From positions 38,950-102,949 of the forward strand of contig JAZDHS010000022.1 of NCBI GenBank assembly GCA_043805735.1: a stretch of 64,000 nt of DNA, in the 5' to 3' direction. Source of the stretch: Candidatus Omnitrophota bacterium (GTDB taxonomy: Bacteria; Omnitrophota; Gorgyraeia; JAFGHF01). The position numbers and the translations under genes were made by a program. Below are positions 1 to 8,180 of the stretch, piece after piece. A model generated the notes under the pieces. The model did not search any database. It was not told the origin of the DNA and saw only the letters and a list, made by a program, of their open reading frames with translations. The stretch's first letter is position 1. Each line of letters begins with the position of its first letter.

Positions 1-626
1 CGCGCAGCTGTTCGAGCTTTTCCGCCTGTTCCAATTCCCCAATGGGTAAATTTTTAAACGTAAAGAGGAAATCTTTCGTATAGGCATAAAGCCCGATGTG
101 CTTATAAAAATTAAACTCCGGCGCGCAAGCATCGGCATCCCTAACATAGGGAATGGTTGAGCGCGAAAAATAAAGCGCAAAGTTACGTTTGTCTTTAACC
201 ACTTTTACGACGCTGGGATTGTTTAATTCGCTGTTATCGCTGATTTTACGGATTACCGTGGCCATCGGGATAGTTTCGTCATCACTAAGGCAACGCACCA
301 ATTCGTCAATCATCGAGAAATGGATTAGCGGCTCATCAGCCTGGATATTCAAAACAATAGCGGCATCGATCGGATTGGCTACCTCGGCAATCCGATCGGT
401 TCCGGAAGTGTGTTCTTTGGCCGTAATCACGACCTTGCCGCCGAAAGACTCTACTGCCCGCACCACCCGTTCATCATCGGTAGCTACAATGAGCTCATCG
501 AGCAGCCTGCTCTTTAAGGCCTCTTCGTAGACATATTGAATCAACGGTTTTCCCAATAGCTCTGCCAAAACCTTCCCCGGAAAACGGCTGGCCTCGTAAC
601 GCGCGGGGATAACACCAATGGCTTTC
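1..626 (-). CDS. kdsB: 3-deoxy-manno-octulosonate cytidylyltransferase (CMP-Kdo synthetase), C-terminally truncated by the window edge. Start GTG lies in the right end of repeat copy A.
   Basis: Own reverse-strand translation begins VKAIGVIPARYEASRFPGKVLAELLGKPLIQYVYEEA...FYKHIGLYAY, typical of KdsB. Not in the ORF track because it is partial. Confidence 0.85.
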
Positions 627-717
627 ACCCCGCCCTTCCTTTCCCGGCATTGCCAATATAAATACTGCTTCTGCTTAATTTCATCTGTATTGCTTTCTCA
701 GGAAGGGCGGGGTTCAT
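624..717 (-). mobile_element. Intergenic TIR repeat (MITE-like), copy A, short variant (~91 bp). In gene orientation it reads TGAA-CCCCGCCCTTCC...GGAAGGGCGGGG-TGAA; it sits between the hldA stop and the kdsB start.
   Basis: Direct sequence comparison with three other copies; shared 12-13 bp inverted termini, shared internal ATGCAGATGAAATTAAGC...TTTATATTGGCAATGCC core, TGAA flanks. Coordinates +/-3. Confidence 0.8.
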
Positions 718-1700
718 TGTATCGCCCTCTCCAACAGTTCTTCTTGCGTAGCCACAGCCACTCCCACTTTTCCGACCACAATTCCGGCCGCATAATTAGC
801 AATATACGCCGCCTCGACCATCGAGGCGCCGCTGGCCAAGGCCAGCGTTGCGGTGGCAATTACGGTATCGCCTGCCCCGGAAACATCAAATACTTCCTGA
901 GCCACCGTCGGGATATGTACCGAATGGCCGCTCTTTTCAAACAGGCGCATCCCGTTTTCACCCAAGGTCACCAATACCGCCTCGGCATTCTGGCTGGCTA
1001 AAAGCGCCCGTCCGGCCACCTCCAGCTCCTGGTCATTTTTAATCTCTTCGCCGATGGCCTTGGCCAGCTCTTGGTGATTCGGGGTAATCAAGGTCACATT
1101 TTGATAATAGGCAAAATGGTTCTCTTTCGGGTCCACGCTGATAATTTTTTTATGCTTATGCGCCAAAAAAACAATCTCCTGAATCAGCCGGGGAACGACC
1201 GCCCCCTTGCCGTAATCTTCCACTACTATCGCATCAATTTCGTTGATCTTTTCGCGCAAAAAGGTGAGCATTTGTCCGATAATATTATCGTCCACCTCTT
1301 CGACTTTTTCGCGGTCAATGCGCACTACCTGCTGGTGATGGGCAATCACACGGGTCTTTAAAGTCGTCGGGCGCTGGGAATCAATAATAATGCCCTCGAC
1401 ATCGATATTTTTCCGCCTTAGTTCTTCGGTTAAAACCCGCCCGCGCTCATCAGCGCCAATTACACCGCAGAGATATACGGTCCCGCCCAAGGCGTGAATA
1501 TTATTGGCCACATTCGAAGCGCCGCCGGGCATAAAAGATTCGGAATTGACCCAAACTACCGGTACCGGCGCCTCAGGAGAAATCCGGTTGACTTTACCCC
1601 AGATAAACTCATCAAGGATCAGATCCCCGATTACGAGAATCTTCACATTTTTAAAGTTTTTGATTATTTTCTTTGCTGATTCCTGGTCATACCCTTTCAT
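714..1700 (-). CDS. hldA: D-glycero-beta-D-manno-heptose-7-phosphate kinase (RfaE domain I-type, pfkB family); kinase domain only.
   Basis: 328 aa, ILVIGDLILDEFIWGKVNRISPEAPVPVV RfaE-I signature, pfkB C-terminal DVSGAGD motif. Confidence 0.85.
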   Translation of the reverse strand: MKGYDQESAKKIIKNFKNVKILVIGDLILDEFIWGKVNRISPEAPVPVVWVNSESFMPGGASNVANNIHALGGTVYLCGVIGADERGRVLTEELRRKNIDVEGIIIDSQRPTTLKTRVIAHHQQVVRIDREKVEEVDDNIIGQMLTFLREKINEIDAIVVEDYGKGAVVPRLIQEIVFLAHKHKKIISVDPKENHFAYYQNVTLITPNHQELAKAIGEEIKNDQELEVAGRALLASQNAEAVLVTLGENGMRLFEKSGHSVHIPTVAQEVFDVSGAGDTVIATATLALASGASMVEAAYIANYAAGIVVGKVGVAVATQEELLERAIQ

Positions 1701-1915
1701 CCCTTAACTCCTTAATGAGCGCTTGATTTACAGAGCACGAAGTGCGAGGTAAATCAAGCTACTTTAGGAATTCTTCTTTAGTTTGTGCGAATTAGCCCCA
1801 AAGCATGCTCGAAGATTTCACAGAAATCTTCGAGCGGTCATGCGAGGGGTAAACTTTTATTGGGCTGTCAACAGAAGTCATATTTTAGCATTTTCATCAG
1901 AGGCAGTCAAGCGAA

Positions 1916-2950
1916 TTAGTGCTGGAGAATCTTACCGGCCGCGGCCAGCGCTTCCTCAGGCGTAATCGCCTTAATGCAGGCAAAACCCTGGCGGCAAAGA
2001 TGGGCCAGGCAAGCCTGACAAGCGCTATCTTTATGCAGCACTACGTCCGCCTCACCCACTGGTCCCCAGCGGCGCGGACTTAACCCTGGCTGGCGACGGC
2101 CAAAAATAGCGATTACCGGCACCGCCAATGCCGAGGCAATGTGTACCGGGCCACTGTCGTTGGAGATAAAGAGCGCGCAGCGGCGCAAAAGACTGGCCAG
2201 TTGGCTCACGGAAGTCTTACCGCAGGCATCAATCGCGGGGCGCTCTAATTGATGAATCAGCTCTTGAGCGATGGCGACATGCTCCGGAGCGCTCACGACG
2301 ACAATCTTAGCCGCATATTGGCGCTGGAGCGCGTTAGCCACACGGGCAAAATGCTCCACCGGCCAAATCTTAGACCGACAACTAGCCGCCGGATGAATAG
2401 CGATTAAGCGTTGCCCTTTTTGCCATCCCTGGGAAGCTAAAAAGTCATCAACGTATTGTTCACTCTCCTTGCGTATCGGCATATACAAAGACTGGTCGAC
2501 CAGCGAAACGCCCAAGCGCTTAAGCATATCCAGCGTATAATCACGTTCGTGTTTAAGGCCGAGCTGTTTTTCATGCTTAATTTTATCGCTAAGCAAGAAA
2601 CTCATTTTTCGGTCATAGCCAATCCTGGTTTTGATCCCGGCTAAAAAGGCAATGATATGCACCCGATTGGTCGGATGCAGCATCAAAGCCAGGTTAAATC
2701 TTTTCCGGCGCAAGGAAAGCGCAAACAGCAGCGTCCGGAAAAAACTACGCTGCGCCGCATCTTTATCATAGACTATTACTTCATTAATATAAGGATTGCC
2801 CAAGACCACATCCTGGGCATACGGCCGGACCATCACGGCAATGTAACTCTCGGGAAAATTCAAGCGCAGGGTTTTCAACACCGGCGTCGAAAGCACAACA
2901 TCGCCGATGCGGTCGGTCCGGGTGACTAAAATCCGTTTAATTTGTCCCAT
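1916..2950 (-). CDS. GT9-family LPS heptosyltransferase (WaaC/WaaF-like)
   Basis: 344 aa, N-terminal ILVTRTDRIGDVVLSTP, C-terminal IASALAVPVIAIFG motifs of glycosyltransferase family 9. Confidence 0.8.
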   Translation of the reverse strand: MGQIKRILVTRTDRIGDVVLSTPVLKTLRLNFPESYIAVMVRPYAQDVVLGNPYINEVIVYDKDAAQRSFFRTLLFALSLRRKRFNLALMLHPTNRVHIIAFLAGIKTRIGYDRKMSFLLSDKIKHEKQLGLKHERDYTLDMLKRLGVSLVDQSLYMPIRKESEQYVDDFLASQGWQKGQRLIAIHPAASCRSKIWPVEHFARVANALQRQYAAKIVVVSAPEHVAIAQELIHQLERPAIDACGKTSVSQLASLLRRCALFISNDSGPVHIASALAVPVIAIFGRRQPGLSPRRWGPVGEADVVLHKDSACQACLAHLCRQGFACIKAITPEEALAAAGKILQH

Positions 2951-3920
2951 TTAAAACTTCCTTACACGCCGTAAACACCTCATCGGCACTAATTGCGATC
3001 AGGCACTCTCTGGTGTTTTTTGGGCAAAGAGACTCCCCGCATGGTGAGCAGGCCAGCTCTTTACGCATTACTATATTGCGCGCCCCTTGCGGGGCATACT
3101 TGCAATAATCGGTCGGGCCAAAAATAGCAATTACCGGAGTATTCACTGCCCAGGCAATATGCATCGGGGCAGAATCATTGGAAATCACTAACGAACATTT
3201 GGATAAGAGGCAAGCCAGCTGGGTAATCGTAATCTCGCCACAGGTATTTACCGCGTCGGCTACCGCGGCGCTGATCTGCTGCGCTAAAGAATAGTCATCG
3301 GTATCGCCAACCATCACAATTTTTGCTTTATATTCTTGGGCTAAGCGGCGCACCAATTCGGTATATCCGCTTTTCTCCCATGATTTGGTTTTATTGCGCG
3401 CCCCCGGGGCAATCGCGACTACCCGTTGACCGGAGCCAATCTGCCAGCTTTGCCACAGCCGCTCAACTGCCTTCTCATCATCGGCGTTCCACTCAAGCGA
3501 CGGCCCTTGTACCGCCTGAGTTTCGATACCCAGCACGTTAAGTTTCCAAAGATGCCGGGTGAGCATATGTTTAAGCGCCGGCGGTGCCTTGACGCCCAGG
3601 GGCGTATGCTGGGCAATGCCAAGAAAAAAACCAAAGGCCGAATTGCGTAAGTCAATCAGCAAATCGTAGCGCTTACGCCGCAGATCAACCAGTAAAGATA
3701 ATTTCTTGCGTAGCGGCGCCCGTTTATCATAGACAATCACCTCATTTACCCGGCGGTCATGCGTAAAGACATCACGGGCGCGCGGGCCAACCAGCACCGC
3801 CAACTCAGCCACGGGGAAAACCCGGCGCAGGGCCGCAATCACGGGTGTAGTCAGCACGGCATCCCCGATATTACTTAAGGTAATTACTAAAATCTTTTTA
3901 ACCCGCTCTTTTCTAATCAT
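2937..3920 (-). CDS. GT9-family LPS heptosyltransferase, paralog 2
   Basis: 327 aa, ILVITLSNIGDAVLTTP ... SNDSAPMHIAWAVNTPVIAIFGPT. Confidence 0.8.
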   Translation of the reverse strand: MIRKERVKKILVITLSNIGDAVLTTPVIAALRRVFPVAELAVLVGPRARDVFTHDRRVNEVIVYDKRAPLRKKLSLLVDLRRKRYDLLIDLRNSAFGFFLGIAQHTPLGVKAPPALKHMLTRHLWKLNVLGIETQAVQGPSLEWNADDEKAVERLWQSWQIGSGQRVVAIAPGARNKTKSWEKSGYTELVRRLAQEYKAKIVMVGDTDDYSLAQQISAAVADAVNTCGEITITQLACLLSKCSLVISNDSAPMHIAWAVNTPVIAIFGPTDYCKYAPQGARNIVMRKELACSPCGESLCPKNTRECLIAISADEVFTACKEVLNGTN

Positions 3921-4939
3921 TTTTTGCTCAGCAGTTTTTCCGCGGCCGAGAGCACGTCTTCAACGGTAATCGCCTGCATACAAAAATTTTGCCGGCATTT
4001 AAGTTCGTAACAGGGTATTTGGCAGTCGGTATTCTTATTAATGACAAAGTAGTTTCCGCCGCCATAGGGGCCGGTAATCAGCGGATCGGTCGGCCCAAAC
4101 AGGGCAATGACCTTGGCCTTTTGGCTGAGCGCGATATGCATCGGCCCGGAATCGTTGGCCACCACCAAATCGGCTTTGGCTAATAAGGCGGCCAGCTCAC
4201 CCAGCGTTGTCTTGGCGCAGAATATCACCGGGCGTTGCCTCATCTGCCCGGCAATTGCTTGGGCTAATGCCAAATCATTTTCGGCTCCGGTTATCAACAC
4301 CTTGGCCTGATATTTTTCACTCAATTCGTCACCCAACCGGCTAAAATTTTCTTTTGGCCAGCGTTTTAAACCCCAATTGCCTCCCGGATTAAGCACGATC
4401 AAACGATCAGCTGCTTTCAGGTCGTGCTCGCTTAAAAGCTGGTCAATAAATTTTTTGTCATCATCATCAAGAAAGAACTCATACTCCTTGTGCGCCGTTT
4501 CGATACCCAAGGCCCGGGCAAGATTTAAAAAATACTCTACTTTATGTAAACGTTCCATGGGTGCAGTAATGCGCCGGGTCAGCAGCCACCCTCTTTTTTT
4601 GGAATTATAACCGATACGCTCAGGAATACCGGCAAGAAAGCATAATAACGCGCGCGTAAGCGAGCGGTGTAGAAAAAACACCGCGGTAAAACGCCGCCGG
4701 CGCAACTGGCCGATCAATTTCAGTTTTCCCCAAAACCCTTTGTGCGGTCCTTCCTCATCGAAGACAATCACCTCATTAAGCCGGGGGTTATGTTCTAAGA
4801 TCTCCACACAGCGCGGGACGACCAGCGCGGCAATAAAACTCTGCGGATATTTGTCGCGCAACGCCCGGATCAAGGGCGTAGAAAACAGTACATCACCCCG
4901 CCAATTCTGGGTCACAATCAATATTCTTTCCATTAGCAC
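3917..4939 (-). CDS. GT9-family LPS heptosyltransferase, paralog 3
   Basis: 340 aa, ILIVTQNWRGDVLFSTP ... ANDSGPMHIALSQKAKVIALFGPT. Confidence 0.8.
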   Translation of the reverse strand: MLMERILIVTQNWRGDVLFSTPLIRALRDKYPQSFIAALVVPRCVEILEHNPRLNEVIVFDEEGPHKGFWGKLKLIGQLRRRRFTAVFFLHRSLTRALLCFLAGIPERIGYNSKKRGWLLTRRITAPMERLHKVEYFLNLARALGIETAHKEYEFFLDDDDKKFIDQLLSEHDLKAADRLIVLNPGGNWGLKRWPKENFSRLGDELSEKYQAKVLITGAENDLALAQAIAGQMRQRPVIFCAKTTLGELAALLAKADLVVANDSGPMHIALSQKAKVIALFGPTDPLITGPYGGGNYFVINKNTDCQIPCYELKCRQNFCMQAITVEDVLSAAEKLLSKK

Positions 4940-6048
4940 TGAGGCCCTTTCCCTATTTCCTGATAAACCCGCTCAATCCCGTCAACCATCTGGGCTAAGG
5001 TAAATTTTTCCCGTGCCTGTTGGGCCGCGGCCCGCCCCAATGTTGCGGCCAAGGCATTATCATGCAGAAGGCGCAGTATCGCCTGAGCCAAGGCCAAGGG
5101 GTCCCGAGGTTTGACTAACAAGCCGTTTTCTCCATCCTTGATTAACGAACCGATACCACCGACTTTGCTGGCAACAACGGCCAGTCCCATCGCCTGGGCT
5201 TCAATAATTGCTAGACCTAAGCCCTCCATCAGCGAAGGCAAAACAAACACATCGATACAAGCAAGGGCCTTACTGGTGTCCGGCGTTGCCGGGCTAAAGA
5301 TCACATTTTGTCCTATGCCCAGCTCTTTTACCAGCTCCTGCAATGGCTTCCTCTCCGGGCCATCGCCCACCAGCAACAGCTGCGCCCGGGGAAATTCCGC
5401 GAGGATCCGCGGCAAGGCCAAGAGCAAATAGCGCTGCCCTTTCACCGAGGACAATCGCCCAATGCTTCCGATAACCGGCGCATCAGGCCTTAAACCCAAT
5501 TCGCTTTTAGATGTATCTTTCTGCTGACGGTTATATCTTTGCGCAGAAAATTTTTCAATTTCTACGCCGTTATGAACTATGACCACGCGGTCTTTAGGAA
5601 TTCTAAAATCATTGATCAGATGCTCCTCAACCGCTTGGCTAATCGCAATCGAGCGTTCACCCCAACAAGGCCACAGCTTTCGCCATAAACGCGGTTTAAA
5701 AAAACCGTGGCAAGTGGCAACATAAGCAACAGTGAGTTTTCGCGAAAGAACCTGCGCCAATACCTGCGTGACTCGGGTGTGCGCATGCAGTACCTCAATC
5801 TTGTTTTGGCGAATAATCGCGCCCAGCTGAACAAATGCCGCCAGAAGCTTGGGATGCAGCTCAGATTTTGTTTGCAGGTCAACGGTAATATGCGTTACGC
5901 CGCCGGCGGCCAGCGTAGAAACTAAATCTCCTCCCGAAGAAACCACGATCACCCGATGCCCTTTGCGTACCAGCCCTTTTGCTAAAGACGAGACATAGAC
6001 TGCAATACCGCCAAGATTCAAGTGAGTTGTCAATAACAGAATACGCAT
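4933..6048 (-). CDS. GT4-family (RfaG-like) glycosyltransferase
   Basis: 371 aa, GT-B fold with C-terminal EGLGLAIIEAQAMGLAVVASKVGG motif. Confidence 0.75.
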   Translation of the reverse strand: MRILLLTTHLNLGGIAVYVSSLAKGLVRKGHRVIVVSSGGDLVSTLAAGGVTHITVDLQTKSELHPKLLAAFVQLGAIIRQNKIEVLHAHTRVTQVLAQVLSRKLTVAYVATCHGFFKPRLWRKLWPCWGERSIAISQAVEEHLINDFRIPKDRVVIVHNGVEIEKFSAQRYNRQQKDTSKSELGLRPDAPVIGSIGRLSSVKGQRYLLLALPRILAEFPRAQLLLVGDGPERKPLQELVKELGIGQNVIFSPATPDTSKALACIDVFVLPSLMEGLGLAIIEAQAMGLAVVASKVGGIGSLIKDGENGLLVKPRDPLALAQAILRLLHDNALAATLGRAAAQQAREKFTLAQMVDGIERVYQEIGKGPQC

Positions 6049-6049
6049 T

Positions 6050-6078
6050 GGTGTACGGTTTACGGTTTACGGTTTACG
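6050..6078. repeat. Heptanucleotide tandem repeat (ACGGTTT)x4 on + strand, (AACCGTA)x4 on the coding strand. It covers the last 5 codons and the stop of the GT4-GT9 fusion gene and the spacer before the GT4 gene's ATG.
   Basis: Seen directly in the sequence. Confidence 0.9.
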
Positions 6079-8180
6079 GTTGATCGAGCTTTTTGTTCCA
6101 ACAGGTGCATCACGGCTCGATAAACTTCTTCCGGTGTAATCTCCTGCATGCATTGGTTGGTCTTACAGCGTCTTTTGTAACAAGGAGCGCAAGGCAACTC
6201 TTTATGAATAATAACCTGTTTGGCCTGCACTAAGGCATGACGTTCGGGGCTAGTCGGGCCAAATAAGGCTACCACCGGGATTTTCATCGCATAGGCGATA
6301 TGCAGCGGCGCGCTATCGCCGGTAATATAGACGCTGCAGTGTTTCACCAGGCTGATTAATTGCCTAACGGAGGTCTCTCCGGTGGCCTGGATTATCGGCT
6401 GGGCCACAAGTGCTTCTAAGCGTTTAGCCAATTTTTCATCGCTGCCCTGGCCGGTAATCAAGATCTCCACTGGCCCAGATCGTAACTTTTTTATCAGTAG
6501 CGCATAATTTTCCAGCGCCCATCTTTTTGTCGGCCATTTAACGCTTGAGCCCAAATTGATGCCGATCAGCGGGCGGTCGCGGTTAATTTTTGCCTTTTCC
6601 AGAAAGTAATCGGCCCAGGCCTGGTCCTCTTTATCCGGCCAAAGCGCCAAATCCTCTTCGACCTTGGTGATCCCCAAAAGCGCCAAGGTCCGCGCCTGGT
6701 GCGCAACCGGAGCAAGCGCAGACTTAAGCGGCCGGACTTTTTCATTTAAAAGAAAACTAAACTTGCCGTTGTGATATCCGTATCTTTTCGGCGCCCCGCT
6801 TAAATAGGCTAAGAGATGGCTGCGCCGGTTATTCTGCAGGTCGAAAGCAAAATCAAAATACTTTTGCCGCAGGCGTTGGGAGAACCTGAGCAAATCCCGA
6901 AAAGCAGTTTTCTGCGGAGAAAACTCCAGCACCTCATTGATATACGGGCAGCCTCTGAGTACCTGGGCATAAGCCTTGTTGACCGCAACGGCAATATGCC
7001 CTTGCGGAAATTTTTCGCGCAGTGCACGCAAAGAAGGAATAGCCAGGATAACGTCTCCCAGCGCACTTAATTTGATTACCAGAATTCTCGGGCAGGCGAG
7101 AACCTCCTCATAGACGGCAATCGTCTTGTCGGCCATCAGTTTAAGCGAGAATTTCTGTTCCACGTTTTTACGGGCGGTGAAGGCAAAACGCTGCCTTAAT
7201 TCGGGGGCCTTATAGAGCGCGATAATCGCCTTGGCCAATTCTTCGCTGTTTCCGGGTGGGACCAGTTTTCCGTTTACGCCGTCCTCGACAATGTCGACTA
7301 TTCCGCCAACCTGCGTAGCGATAACCGGCACACCACAGGCCCCGGCCTCAATCAGCACCCGGCCAAAGGCCTCCTGTGTTAGCGTCGGCAGGACTAAGAG
7401 ATCAAGGCCAGATAATACGGCGGGTATATTATCCAGCTGACCGCTAAATTTTACATAAGGAGATAAACCCAGTCTTCTGGTGAGCATTTTGAGCTCTTCC
7501 TTATATTGCTCTTTTCCCGGTGAGGCCTCACCGACAATCAGGACCTTTACTTTGGGAATAACCCGGATCACCCGGGCAATGGCCTGCAAAAAATGAGTAT
7601 GGCCTTTAATGGGCGTGAGCCTGCTGATTAAACCGATTGTAAATTCGTCGCGGTCTTTACCAGGCGTTATTGCCTTCGGGCGGAAAATAAATTGCTCTAA
7701 GTCCACTCCCCGGGGAATAAAACGTAGCCGTTCTGGGGGTACGCCAAATTGTTCCTGCATATGCCGGGCAATGACGTTGCTCGAAACTATCACCAGTTTC
7801 CCCCAGCCCATTACGCGGCTGAAAAAACTGTTACTGTAATGGCCGTGACAGGTAGTCACAAAATGCACTCCGGCCTGACGGCTTGCCCAAAAAGCAATCA
7901 AGGCCGGAACTCTCGAGCGGGCGTGCACCAGATCAATCTTTTCCTCAACCAAAATTTTTGCCACTTTCGGGATAGCGCGCAGAATTGAAAACAGTGATTT
8001 CTGGTGTACCGCAAGACAATAATGCCGCGCCCCAGCTTTTTCCAGTTCCGCTACCAGCTTTCCGCCGTTGGAAATTACGATCGCTCTGTGCTTACGCAGC
8101 ACTAACTCCCGCGCTAAATCCACGCACCCGCGTTCAACGCCACCGATATTCAGCTCCGGGACAATCTGTAAAATATTCAT
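6060..8180 (-). CDS. Fusion protein: N-terminal GT4 glycosyltransferase plus C-terminal GT9 heptosyltransferase
   Basis: 706 aa. Residues 1-~360 carry GT4 motifs (EAFGRVLIEAGACGVPVIATQVGG). Residues ~360-706 carry GT9 motifs (ILVIKLSALGDVILAIPS ... GDSAPLHIAYAMKIPVVALFGPT). Confidence 0.75.
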   Translation of the reverse strand: MNILQIVPELNIGGVERGCVDLARELVLRKHRAIVISNGGKLVAELEKAGARHYCLAVHQKSLFSILRAIPKVAKILVEEKIDLVHARSRVPALIAFWASRQAGVHFVTTCHGHYSNSFFSRVMGWGKLVIVSSNVIARHMQEQFGVPPERLRFIPRGVDLEQFIFRPKAITPGKDRDEFTIGLISRLTPIKGHTHFLQAIARVIRVIPKVKVLIVGEASPGKEQYKEELKMLTRRLGLSPYVKFSGQLDNIPAVLSGLDLLVLPTLTQEAFGRVLIEAGACGVPVIATQVGGIVDIVEDGVNGKLVPPGNSEELAKAIIALYKAPELRQRFAFTARKNVEQKFSLKLMADKTIAVYEEVLACPRILVIKLSALGDVILAIPSLRALREKFPQGHIAVAVNKAYAQVLRGCPYINEVLEFSPQKTAFRDLLRFSQRLRQKYFDFAFDLQNNRRSHLLAYLSGAPKRYGYHNGKFSFLLNEKVRPLKSALAPVAHQARTLALLGITKVEEDLALWPDKEDQAWADYFLEKAKINRDRPLIGINLGSSVKWPTKRWALENYALLIKKLRSGPVEILITGQGSDEKLAKRLEALVAQPIIQATGETSVRQLISLVKHCSVYITGDSAPLHIAYAMKIPVVALFGPTSPERHALVQAKQVIIHKELPCAPCYKRRCKTNQCMQEITPEEVYRAVMHLLEQKARSTVNRKP

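Noticed and set aside
618-1001. 127-aa + strand ORF starting inside repeat copy A (similar short ORFs start in copies B and C)
   Set aside because: Antisense to the heptose kinase. Its N-terminus is just the repeat read on the wrong strand, and the same '[17 protein letters not shown]'-like peptide recurs only because the repeat recurs.
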